A stretch of DNA of 64,000 nt from Batkoa obscura (GCA_030770535.1 JASVEC010000011.1:1116001-1180000); one strand, 5' to 3'. Shown: positions 40,228 through 52,878, numbered from the stretch's first letter. Numbers and translations: made by a program. Notes: generated from the letters alone by a model not told the origin.

Positions 40228-41574
40228 AGAAGTGTTTTTTTTAGTTTCATTTTTTCCGCTTTTTAAGAAGAGCGTATTATTTGAGTGCAGAAACTGTTAG
40301 TAAAACTCTTTTAAACAAAAAAAAATCTCAATTGATTTTGCTAATAAGTTTACAATTATAGAAAACTGATTATAAAGACAATTGTATTTTTGCAAATGAA
40401 AGTGGATGGAAAACTATTATAGTATGATTCGAGGCTAAGTAAGATCCTGAGAGGGAAAACAAGCTTATATACAAATAAAACTAAATCAAAAAGAGATCTG
40501 CTAACTTTTCAGTTATGTTGGTACTATTAATGTAATAGATGTGAGTATTTACACCCAGTTGATAGCTCCAAATATAGTGCCAATAATAGTCTAATTCTGC
40601 TAAGCTTTTAAAAAACTTTTTGATGTAGTTAAAGAAAGATACCTAAAAAAACTAATGTTTGGGATGTATTTTTTTGTTTGAGAATTTTACTAATAATTTT
40701 TCCACTGAAGCAACGCTTAAAAAACGGAAAAAGGGATAAAACCAAAAACAACACCCCATATGTTAATTTACTCTTTATTACTTTTTTTTTGAAATATTAA
40801 ACTCTATACCTTGCTTTTATGAATTATTTGATTGTAATTCTCTATATCAATTTCAAAATTTCAAAATTCCATAACTACCGATGAAATTGGTAATATAAAC
40901 TTAATTGAAGATGCAACCCTTCTAATTATTAATAGAAATGCATTAATTTAAATGCAAAACGTTACATGTTAAATCTAAATCATACTGTGAAAAGCCGTAA
41001 AAAAAGTACCCTTAAAACAAACATAAAATAGGGATGTGTTTTTTTATCTAAGAATTTTACTAATAATTTTTCCACTCAAACAGCGCTTAAAAGATAGAAA
41101 AAGTGATGAACCCAAAAAAAACACCCCCATATCTATCATAGTTAAATGTAAGTCAATATTAATAAAGCACTTTAATAATTATAAATAAAAAAACAAATGT
41201 GTTAATTATAAAAAAGCTAATAATTTTAGATCTTGTACAAAGACAGGTAAGTTTAAAAGATCAAAATTAAAAGATGATGGATTTTAAATATGAAATTGTA
41301 TGTTAAAAAAATTTATTATCAAACTATAAAGTATATACTTGATATATCAAGAAGTTTTTAGATAGTTAGTATAAGTGAATTAGAAATAATAATAAAAGAG
41401 TTTTAAAATATTAAAATATATACTTCTTAATGAACATGTTCAGTTTTTTGATAAGTAAATAATTTAATAATATTGGAGATGTGTTTTTTGTTTAAGAATT
41501 CCACTAAATAGACTTTTCGCTCAAATGGCGCTTGAAAATAGTAAAAGTGATGAACCCAAAAAAAACACCCCCCC
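40228..41574. mobile_element. four family A MITEs (~40228-40329 -, 40661-40757 +, 41031-41128 +, 41475-41574 +)
   Basis: Each retains the aagaattttactaa / gcgcttaaaa / gaaaaagtgatgaa core and a cacccc end; the first is the most decayed. Confidence 0.78.
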
Positions 41575-44219
41575 AATATATGCTGAAATTATTATTTTTC
41601 GTTTGTTTTTCAATTTTATTAACTTTTATATTTGTAAAATTTAATTTTTCATTAGTTTGGAAGCTCTCTATGATTAAGTATCTGCATAGATTATATTTAA
41701 TAGTAAGATAAGATATACGGTACAAAATTGTATCTTGCTTTTATATAATTTTCTATTTGATAACTAAACTACATTATCAATAAAATTAAAATATTTTTGA
41801 GTTTTAAAAGATTGCTTATTTCTGCATTTTTAACCCAACAAATCATATATTTAGTTATTTTTTATGTTATTAAGCTAACAATTTGTAAGAGAATTCGAAT
41901 TTATTGCCATTTTGATGTTTTTAATTTATGGACCACCAACCAGTGAAATTGTAAACCAAAGTTTTGAAAGGCCTATTTATTTGAAATTTTTTTTTGAGAT
42001 TCAGAGTTAGTTATTAAGTACAACTGTTATAATATGTATTGACACACCCTACAACTTTTTAAATTTAGTTTTATAGATATAATATAAATCTTTCGATAGT
42101 ATAAATAGTAGCTAAATGTTTTTTTTTAATAACGTCGTAATTCTTTTTATATTTAAATAATAGCAAAATGTACGGATATTAGGCACTCGAAATTATCACT
42201 GTTTAAATCAGCTCAACGCTCCCCTCTCCTTACTACCTGTAATACTTGCATCAGTTATATTATAATAAAGAATTCAAAGTTGGAAACATTAAGACAAACT
42301 TTTAAAAGTTTATTTTTTAAAGCATTAAAAGCTAAATAGCATTTATTAACAACTAAAACTTTTTTTTAGCAATTCGAAGTAAAGCAGCGCTGTAATAAAT
42401 TTAAGTATAAACTTTCTATAATATTTTGCAAATCCAAGAAAAACTTAAGCTCTCTCACATTCATAGTAAAGCATATAAGCATTTAAGCAACAGCTTTTAA
42501 TTTAATTTACTAGGTATAGAGGGTAACTTTTGATTTAAAACTTCTATAAATAGCCCAAGAAATTTAAAATTGTCTAAAAGAATAAGCAGTTGCAATTATA
42601 ACTTAAAGTTAATTGAGCAAAAAGGATTAAATACTTGTGTTTGAAATAATTTATGATCTATCTTTTGGGAAGTTAAGTAGTTCCTGAAAAAATGTTGTCT
42701 ACTAAATCCTATAAAATATAGCTAAGTATGTATATTAAATGATTTTTAGGGTTCTTGGTTGATTGAAAAAAGCTTCTATAAGATCTTTAGTGCATATTTT
42801 TCCTGATTTTTAATATCCATTTGTACTTACCAGCATGTGGGTATTGAATTTACTGTGAAAAGCATTTTAGCTCTACAAAGCCTATCCAACAGCATTATCA
42901 ATTTCTGAAAATAGAAACAAACCTTTAATTAATGACTTTAGTAAGCTTTTGGTTATAATCTATACAACTTTTATATAAACCATATTTTCTAATTATTAAA
43001 AATGGTAGTTATAATTTTTTTGACTAAACATCATTTTAAATTCAACAATAACTTTTAAACTTTTTTCCCTTTTGCTTAGTGTTTAAATGATTTCCTTAAA
43101 TTTTAAAGGTTATAAACATAGAGTTACACCAGTATAGACTTTGTATTCTGTGTAACATATTTAAGGCTTTTATCAGCTATATCAAAAATGCTTTTATATT
43201 TTTAGCCAATTTAAAAAATTTAGCTCTTTATTTGCTAATAAACGTTTGATTTAATTTATATAATAAAGTGCATAACTTTGTTTTTAAACAGATTAATATT
43301 ACTAAGGATACTAGATTTATAAAATTCATATATTGTATTATTTCGATTAAAATGTATTATAAACCAATTTATTAACTTTTTCTGACAGCTGTCTTTATGT
43401 CAACAAAATTGGCTAGTAGAACTTCAATTGACTTTTGTATATTTAAAGCCTTAAATTTAACCAGTAGTTTTTTAAGTATAAAACTAAACACCACCATCAC
43501 AAGCGCCAGATATTAAACTTATTAAAAATATACTCTAGCTATTTTTGTAATTATAACTAATTATTACTTAGAACTTTATAAATGTAGTAGGTGGGAAATT
43601 TTCTGAGTAGTTAAAACCTTCTTGCTTATGTATATAAAGCTTGGTTTTTTTGACTTGGATTGGATTTATAATTTTGTTTGTCAATTTAAATTTTGTGACT
43701 TAACAACTTTTGTAAAGAAAATTATAACCAACAACCCCCAAAAAGTTGTCTTTTACCAAATTTAAAACTATCAGCAGGGATATATATTAATAAGCATAAT
43801 TTGGGAAACATTTTTTCTAGCAGGATAATTCAAATAGTTATTTAGTCCCGAAATAACAGCAGTGATAACTTTTGGTTAAAATGTATCTTCATTAATTTGG
43901 TATTTATAGATATTATAGTCAGTGCTTGTTTCTGAATTATTCAATTCAGCTTTATAGTATAGTATAGTATATAAAAATTGGATAGGCTAATTTGCAAATT
44001 TCGTTAGTTATATAAAAACTAAACAATTATAATACCTAAAAATTCAGTTTTTTAAGTAAAGAGTTGTAATGTTTATTATCAAGTACTATTACAGGAAAAG
44101 CTATAATTAGCTTATTAAATTTAATAGGAATTAATAAGTAGAACACTTAAAGCTTTTATAAAATAAAGAACAATTTCAGTAGTACTAAAAGTGTAAAAGT
44201 ACATGAATAGACTCTATAT

Positions 44220-47136
44220 GGGGGTGTCCGAATTGGTTTCAGAATTTAACTAAAATTTGGATTAATTTTAAGTTTTTGAATTTGTAAGTCTTTAATGTAT
44301 AATTTGATTAGCTAAAATTTATAAAAAGCTTAAAATTAAATATAAAAATTTAACTTCAAAGAATTGTTTTATTTATTTTATTTTTTTAATTATATGTTTG
44401 TGAAAGTTGGTACTCATTAATTGGAGTTAGAGGCAGTTCTAGCTTAGTTAACTTGGCCGTAAGTCAAAAGGCCTTAGTTTGTGTAGCTAAGATAGACTTA
44501 AATCAATAGGAGTAATACGCAATAAGCTACGAGCTATGTAAAATAAATAGAATACACAGGATACTACTGTAAAATCTACATAAGATATTGTCAGAAAGAC
44601 TTAGTGGCTTTATTAAAAGTAAAATATTAGGGAACAATTCAATTAAAAAGCCTCGAGCTATTTTATGTTGAAAAATCTATTTTATACTCCAACTAGTTTT
44701 GTAAACAAGTTAAGTAATTATTATGCGATAATCAATCATAGAGCTGATGAAACGATATTTCACAGTGTTTTGTATTTTTTATTAAATATTCAATAGCTAT
44801 ATAGTATATGATTATATAATTATTTGACTTTATTTTTTATTAAAATAAAAACAAAATGCAAGCTTTTATAACTAAACTTCGAAATGGAATTTCTAAAAAC
44901 TTTAATACGATAGGGAGAAGTACATTATATAAATATTGTAATTCATTTACATCAATTTTAACAACTATTCACAATAACCCAGAGTTTATAGAATTTTATA
45001 ATAAAACAAAAAAAGGAAAAGAAATGTCATTAAAGTTTATTATTAATAATAACAGACTTAATCAAGCAATGTATAAAATTAGTGCTTTAAGGGAAACAGG
45101 AAATAAAAACCAACAAGTAGCATTATATCGACTATAGCTTCAGTATATTTTTTTGATGCATGTAAAAGTTTTGGATTTAATATAAGTAGAAATCAATATG
45201 ATTATTCAAAAATAATTATTAATAATAAAATACCAATATTACAACCTATTATTAATACAAAAAATAAAAGATGAGCAAATTGAGATTATTATACAATATT
45301 TACTTGATAATTCAACTATTTCATCAAGATTTGATAATAATAATAATAGTAATAAAAATAAAAATAAAAATAATGATAATAAATATTCATCAGATAATAT
45401 ATATATATTAAATAAAAGTAGAAGAATGATATATAGTAAATATTTTAATGATTTAAAAGATAAAGCAATAGCTAGGTCAACATTTTTCAAATATATACCC
45501 AAATAATTTTAAAAATACAGCAAGAAAAACAGATTTATGTAATATATGTGCCCAGTATACAGTTAGAAAAAAGTTACTTGAAAATGAAATAAATACAATA
45601 CAGTGACAAAAAATAAAGCAGAGATAGAAGAATCTTTCAATAAAGAAAAAAGGTTATATAAATTACATGAATTTTGTGTTGATACTCAAAAAAACATACT
45701 TAATGAAACTATTGAAAAATTAAATAATAAAAGTTGTATAATAATTTTAGACTTTAAACAAAATATGGAAATAGGAACAAAACCAGAATCCAACAAATTT
45801 AGATCATTATAACAAACAAGCTATATCAGTATTAGGGTTTGGCGTTTTGTATTTAAAAAACGATAAAACAATAGGCAAAGTTTATTTTGATTATTTATCT
45901 GAAATATTAAATCATGATTCAGCCAGCATATGCAGGAGATTATTTAATTGATTTAATATCTAAAGAGCCTTTGTTTAAAAAGTTTGCAAAAATTAATATA
46001 TAAATAGATACAGGATATCATTTTAAATCTCAAGAGTTTTTACATTATGTATTTGAAGAAATTTATAAAATAAATAGTAGTTTAAATATTGATCTTAATT
46101 TTTTTGCTGAGCATCATGGAAAAAGTATAGTTAGTTGACGGACATTTTGGAAATCTTTCACAATGGAAAAATAGTTTTGAAGCATTAGGTAAAATAGAAG
46201 ATATTGATCAATTAATTTCAAAATTTGAGATTTTTATTTGTGAACATAAAATAGAATTAATAACTCAACTGTCAATAATGGGAAAACAAATATAATTTTT
46301 AAAAAGTATGAAAGAAACAAAGATACAAAAAAATAATAGAAATACAAGGTATTAAAAAGTATTTACACTTTATTAAACGTGATAATAAACTACATTGCTA
46401 TCCAGTATCTGATAGATCAAAAAGAAGTGATCTAATTCCAATTAAAGTTATAGAGTCTATAGAAAATAGAAAAATTAAAAGATCAACCCCAGCTTATCTT
46501 ACAAAAATAACTGAAAATTTAAAAGCTTCAATATTTACTAACCAAGCAAATAATTTATTAAATAATAGAAATCAATTATTAAATGTTGATATTATTTAAA
46601 TTATTGATAGCTAAGTTAATAAATAGCCAAAGAGCAAGTAGTTGTAATAATAAATAAAAACTATTATTATATTGGTTGTATTATATAGGGATGATTAATT
46701 ATAGTTTTAGGGCTAATCACTTCCTCCCATGCAGCTATTTATTAACTTAGTGATATATTAACAGTGTAATTATAACATTAAAATAGTTTATTTATTTGAT
46801 AGGAAATCAATCTGTAATATTGGCTATAAAGTAGTCAATAATAAATATTTCTTAATAAAGTTTATAAAAGTATATATTTATTTACATATTACAACTTTGG
46901 CTAATATCACTATACAGGCTATATTAGTAAAATCTTTTCTAATCCAGAAATTTATTAAATTTAATAAAAATTCCGCTAATTAACAATATAAATTATAACA
47001 AAATAATTCAAAACTGTGTCGGGGGTACTTTTGGCTTTTAATAAAGAATTTATTTTTATAGAATTTTAAGCAAAGTTTTTAAAATATAGAATATTCGAAA
47101 ATTGGATAAAAAAATGAAACCAATTCGGACACCCCC
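44220..47136 (+). mobile_element. full-length defective DNA transposon, Sola-like (family B, copy 2)
   Basis: TIRs GGGGGTGTCCGAATTGGTTTCA / TGAAACCAATTCGGACACCCCC, ATAT on both flanks. Frameshifted transposase from ATG 44856 with KTDLCNIC, IILDFKQN, DTGYHFK, NFFAEHHGKS-VDGHFG. Carries a solo LTR at 44399-44764. Confidence 0.85.
44399..44764 (-). mobile_element. solo LTR (family C, short variant)
   Basis: TGTGAAAG...ATTTCACA; flanks ATGTT/GTGTT. Confidence 0.75.
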
Positions 47137-47140
47137 ATAT

Positions 47141-48630
47141 AGCAACAAAAAATAGAGCAGAAATAGAAGAATCCTTTAATAAAGAAAAAAGTTATATAAA
47201 TTACGTGGATTTTACATTAATACTCAAAAGAATATATTTAATAAAACTATTAAAAAATTAAATAATAAAAGTTATATGAGGGTGTTTTTTGTAACTTTAT
47301 CACTTTTTTTATCTTTTAAGCGCTATTTGAGTCGAAAAGTTGTTAATAAAATTCTTAAATACAAAAAAACAGCCACATATAATAATTTTAGACTTTAAAA
47401 ACAAAATATGGATATAGGAAAAAGACCAAAATCCAATAAATTTAGATCATTATAATAAACAAGTCATATCAGTATTAGGTTTTGGTATTTGGGGATGTAT
47501 TTTTCTATTTAAGAATTTTACCAACAATCTTTCCACTCAAATAGCGCTTAAAAAATGGAAAAAATAATGAAACCAAAAAAAACACCCCCATTTTTATATT
47601 TGAAAAATGATAAAATAATAGGCAAAGTTTACTTCAGCTATTTATTTGAAATATCAAATCATAATCCAGCATATGCAGGAGATTGTTTGATTGATTTAAT
47701 ACCTAAAGGGTTTTATTCAAAAAGTTTATAAAAATTAATATATGAACAAATATAAAAAACTATTTTAAATTTTAAAAGATCAACCCCAGCTTATCTTACA
47801 AAAATAACTGAAAATTTAAAAGCTTCAATATTTATTAAGCAAGTAGCTTATTAAATGATAGAGATCAATTACTAAATGTTGATATTACTTAAATTATTAA
47901 TAGCTAAGTTAATAAATAGTCAAAGAGCAAGTAGTTGTAATAATAAATAAAAACTATTATTATATTGGTTGTATTATATAGGGATGATTAATTATAGTTT
48001 TAGGGCTAATCACTTCCTTTTATACAGCTATTTATTAACTTAATGATATGGGGATGTATTTTTGTATTTAAGAATCTTACTAACAAATTTTCCACTTAAA
48101 TAGCGCTTAAAAAATGGAAAAAATAATGAAGTCAAAAAAGACACTCCCATATATTAATAGTGTAATTATAAAACTAAAATAATTTATTTATTTGATAGCA
48201 AATCTGCAATGTTGGCTATAAAACAGTTAATAATAAAGATTTTTCAATGAAGTTTTATAAGGATATGCATTTATTTACATAATACAACTTTAATCAATAT
48301 TAATATATAAGTTATATTAGTAAAAGCCTTGCTAATCCGGGAAGTTTCTATTAAATTTAATTTTTTTTGCTAATTTACAATATAAAGGTATGGGGATACT
48401 TTTTTTGGCTTCATTATTTTTTCCATTTTTTAAGCGCTATTTGAGTAGAAAAATTGTTAGTAAAATTCTTGAACAAAAAAATACATCCCCATATAACAAA
48501 ATAATTTAAAACTGTATTAAGTACTTTTGCTTTTTAATAAGGAATTTATTTTTATAGAATTTTAAGCAAAGTTTTTAAAATATAGAATTCGAAAATTGAA
48601 TAAAAAAACGAAACCAGTTCGGACACCCCC
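47141..48630 (+). mobile_element. family B transposon, 3' half, containing four MITEs
   Basis: Colinear with 45600-47136 apart from one internal deletion; ends gaaaccagttcggacaccccc|atat. Confidence 0.82.
47278..48490. mobile_element. four family A MITEs inside transposon B (47278-47376 -, 47491-47589 +, 48050-48148 +, 48392-48490 -)
   Basis: TSDs ATAT, ATTT, ATAT and GTAT/ATAT; corresponding empty sites in copy 2. Confidence 0.87.
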
Positions 48631-49731
48631 ATATTTTATTAATGAAGTTTTGCGATCTTTAAGTCCTGACCCTTTGCTTCCTGGGTGAGTACCTCAAAAG
48701 CATTAAAATTTTAATTTCTAATCTACTGAAAGCGCTTTTCAGTCATAATAAGTGCCAATTAAATTACTGGTCGATTTAAAATTACGTTTTTAGCTATATA
48801 ATTTTAAAAAAACTAATTTAGGAGGTCAATACATATGATTTAATTTTTTCAATTTTTATTTTAGTTTTAATTGTTTTTCAATAATTACAAAAATTTCATT
48901 GATGAAACTTAAGAAATTATGCTAAATTATTGAAATTATAAGGTTTAGAAATTTAAAAATAAAATTGATTCTGGTGGCAAAAAGTTAAAATAACCATAAT
49001 TAAACTATAATGCATAATAGAATCTGTTTAATTATAATATCCTCTTGTTATAACTCGAAATTAGATTGATATAATAAAATAATCAAAAACAAAAAAACAA
49101 ACTTTAAAACTAATTTCGATTGAATATTTTATTTTATTGTAATATTAACTAATAATAAGTTTCATATAATTATTATTAGTTTAATTTATAATTTGTTTTG
49201 TTTTTTGAAGTTTTAATTTACTGAATTTATCAATCTAACTATAAAATAAAAGCAGTATTAATTGCTAGTACAAATATTTTAAATTAATGCAAAATATTAC
49301 ATTAGTATTTAAATAACTATTGTTTTATTATAGTTATTATTTAATAATATTTGCTTTTTTATTATTTTTATATTTGCTATTGTAGCTGGGATATAATTTA
49401 AGCTATCGAAATGCTATTTTAGAATACAAATATTATCTGGCTTTATTAATTAAAGCTTATATCAGTGGTATAAGTTTTATTTATTATGATATTAACAATT
49501 GTTAATAATGAATAGAACAAACAAGTTATTTTATTATTATAAACTGAGTTTTAGGTAAAGCTTTTGCTAATTTTTATAATAGCGTTGTTAAATGCAATCT
49601 AATTTTTTTAAATATTTTTGATAGTTTTCAACTTTTAGCAAGCTAGTAATATAATTAATTAATTAATATTATTCCAAACTGACTTAAATAGCTCTAGTTA
49701 ACTTATTTAGATCAGTTTTATTTATATTAAT

Positions 49732-49838
49732 GGGGATGTGTTTTTTTGTTCAGTAGTTTTAACTAACAATCTTTCCACTTAAATAAATAGCACTTAAAAA
49801 ATAAAAAAAGTGATGAAACTAAAAAAAAGCATCTCTTA
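49732..49838 (+). mobile_element. MITE family A (diverged)
   Basis: ggggatgtg...ctaacaatctttccact...aaagtgatgaaac...catctc. Confidence 0.72.
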
Positions 49839-50161
49839 ATACTTTATTGGTTCTTAATTATGTGATTTTAAACAAAAAATGCTGATAGTATAGCTGTTTA
49901 ATATTATTTTAGAAAGGTTTATAGAAATTCTGTAAAAATATTTATTGTTTAACTTATTTACTTACTTAGATAACTTTTATTTATCTGAAACTTTAAGACC
50001 CATCCATTTTAGATTTTAAATATATTAAGGCTACATATATATATATTAAATTATTGGTTATTTTTGATTATTATGTAATTTTTTAAAAACCAGACTAAAA
50101 ATTTAGCATATACAGTTAAAAGTATAACAGCTACTTAGGAAATATAAAATTAATTTAATAT

Positions 50162-50626
50162 TGTGAAAGTTGATACTTAGTGGTCGAAGTTAAAAGCTAC
50201 TCTTGCTTAATTAACTTGCCTTGAGTCGAACGGTCTTAGTTTATGTAACTAAGGTAGACTTAACTTAATAGAAATAGTATGTAGTAAGCTACGAATTATG
50301 TAAAACAAATACAATGGAAGATACTACTATAAAATATATATCAGATGTTGTCAGAAAGACTTAGTGACTTTATTAATAATACGTTATCAGGGAGTAATCC
50401 AATTAAAAAGCCTCGAGTTATCATGTTGAAGAATCTCTTTTATACTCCAATAAGTATGGATATCAAAACGAGAAGATAATATTGTTTGCAATATGAAGTT
50501 AGAAATTCTCGCAGCAAATCAAAATAAGGGACTCGGACTTGGTTGTGTTTGAACTTGAGAACACAACAACTTAAATGATTGTTGTGCTATAATCAATCCG
50601 AGAGCTAAATAAAGCAATATTTCACA
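50162..50626 (-). mobile_element. solo LTR (family C)
   Basis: Reverse complement of 34416-34880; ATAT on both flanks. Confidence 0.8.
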
Positions 50627-51315
50627 ATATTATTATAAAAATTTTAGCTAAAAACAAAAAATCAAACTAATTAAATAATTGGTTAACTTTACAAAATGAT
50701 TTATAAAATTAATTTTCAATAAAAAAAGCTAGGTTTTTAATACATATTTGAAAAATCAAGTCAAATGGTTTTTTATTTTTTTATTTAATACCATTCATGT
50801 TTATGGCTTAATATCATAAGGTATTTATTCATAATATTAGCTATAAAAAATCTAAGTGAGTAATTGAAAATTTGTTTTATTATGTCAAAAACTTAAATTT
50901 ATATAACTACTTTTTATAATGTTTTTTTTTGCTTTTTATTATTAACTAAAATAAATTGGTTCTCCGGAATAATGCTTATAAACAGTTAATTTTATTATAT
51001 TGATTATAAAAAAAGTCACAGAAAGTTTGAAATTAAGCTATTTTTATTATTAAAAAGTGGAATTTTTTTATATAAATTAAATAATAAATATATAATTGTT
51101 TTCAAAGTTTTAAATCAATCTCTGATCAGTTGTTTTTAGGTAATAAATATAATCGTATAAAAGTTTAAAAAAAATATATAGTGTTAAAATGAATAAAAAC
51201 AAAGTGTATTAATTATTAAATAAAATTCGTAAATATTTTAATATATAAAAATTAACAAAAAATAATTAATAAGCTTATAAAATAATTAAAAATGATAAAA
51301 AGCGTTGCTATATGA

Positions 51316-51349
51316 GGGGATGTATTCTTAAACACAAAAATACATCCCC
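51316..51349. mobile_element. 34-bp minimal derivative of MITE A
   Basis: GGGGATGTATT-cttaaacacaaa-AATACATCCCC, perfect 11-bp TIR. Confidence 0.65.
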
Positions 51350-51538
51350 ATATATTAAAAATTATTTAAAAAAAAGCTATAACTAGCCTTTTTTAGAAAA
51401 AATCAAAACTAAACCACTTATTTTATATTATAAACTAAGTTTTAAATAGTTATTCTTAACTTTTAATATTGATATTTTTTAAATATATACTAAGTAATTT
51501 TAAAAACCCAGCAAAAAAAACAGATTTATGTAATATAT

Positions 51539-51634
51539 GGGGGTGTTTTTTTTGGCTTCATCACTTTTTCCATTTTTTAAGCACCATTTGAATGGAAAAG
51601 TTAGTAAAATTCTTAAATATAAAGATACATCCCC
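51539..51634 (-). mobile_element. MITE family A
   Basis: TSD ATAT/ATAT; interrupts the codons of the TDLCNIC motif; empty site at ~45540. Confidence 0.87.
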
Positions 51635-52138
51635 ATATGTACCTAGTATACAATTGGAAAAAAATTATTTGAAAATAAAATACAGCAATGAAAAATAAAA
51701 CAGAGATAAAAGAATCTTTTAATAAAGAAAAAGTTATATAAATTACGCAAATTTTATATTAATACTTAAAAGAATATATTTAATAAAACTATTAAAAAAT
51801 TAAATAATAAAAGTTGTATAATAATTTTAGACTTTAAACAAAATATGGAAATAAAAACAAAACCAGATTTGATAAATTTAGATTATTATAATAAATAAGC
51901 CATATCAATATTAAAGTTTAGTGTTTTATATTTAAAGAATGAAAAAACAACAAGCAAAGTTTATTTCAATTATTTATTTAATATATATATCTAAAAAAAT
52001 TCATAAAGTAAATAATATTTTAAATATCGATTTTAATTTTTTTGCTAAGCATTATGGAAAAAATACAATTAATAAACGTTTTAAAAATCTTTTATAATAG
52101 AAAAATAATTTTAAAGCACTAGGTAAAATAAAAGATAT

Positions 52139-52732
52139 TGTGAAATATTGCTTTATTAGCTCTCGAATTGATTATAACACAACAATCGCTTAAGTTGCTG
52201 TGTTCTCAAGTTCAAACACAATCAATTCAGAGTCTCTTATTTTGATTTGCTACGAGAATTTCTAACTTCATATTGCAAAGAATATTATCTTCTCGTTTTG
52301 ATATCCATACTTGTTGGAGTATAAAAGAGATTCTTCAACATGATAACTCGAGGCTTTTTAATTGGATTACTCCCTGATAACGTATTATTAATAAAGTCAC
52401 TAAGTCTTTCAGACAACATCTTATATAGATTTTACAGTAGTATCTTCCATTATATTTGTTTTACATAATTCGTAGCTTATTACGTACTATTTCTGTTAAG
52501 TTAAGTCTACCTTAGTTACATAAACTAAGACCGTTCGACTCAAGGCAAGTTAATTAAGCAAGAGTAGCTTTTAACCTCTACTACTGAGTACCGGCTTTCG
52601 TGTAGCCTATTGCATACTATTCTTATTAAGTTAAGTCTATCTTAGTTATATAAACTAAGACCCTTCGACTCAAGACAAGTTAATTAAGCAAGAGTAACTT
52701 TTAACTCCGACCACTGAGTATCAACTTTCACA
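52139..52732 (+). mobile_element. solo LTR (family C) with duplicated 3' ~130 bp
   Basis: TGTGAAA...TTTCACA. ATAT TSD supported by the empty site gaagatattgatc at ~46197. 3' block repeated (52471-52600 and 52601-52732). Confidence 0.8.
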
Positions 52733-52779
52733 ATATTAATCAATTAATTCCAGAATTTGAGCTTTTTATTTATAAATAT

Positions 52780-52878
52780 GGAGATGTATTTTTGTGTTTA
52801 AGAATTTTACTAACAATCTTCCCACTCAAATAGCGCTTAAAAGATGGAAAAAGTGATGAAGCCAAAAGAAGCACCTTC
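52780..52878 (+). mobile_element. MITE family A
   Basis: Full length, ATAT/ATAT flanks. Confidence 0.83.

Noticed and set aside
48650..48745. GC-richer patch with hairpin actgaaa-gcgct-tttcagt
   Set aside because: Single occurrence; no match to an RNA family or Helitron end that I can recognise.
30232..51180. Older shared motif (aaagttttaa...atcag(c/t)tgtttt) at ~30240, ~32085 and ~51105
   Set aside because: Possibly another ancient repeat, but too short and AT-rich to delimit by eye.
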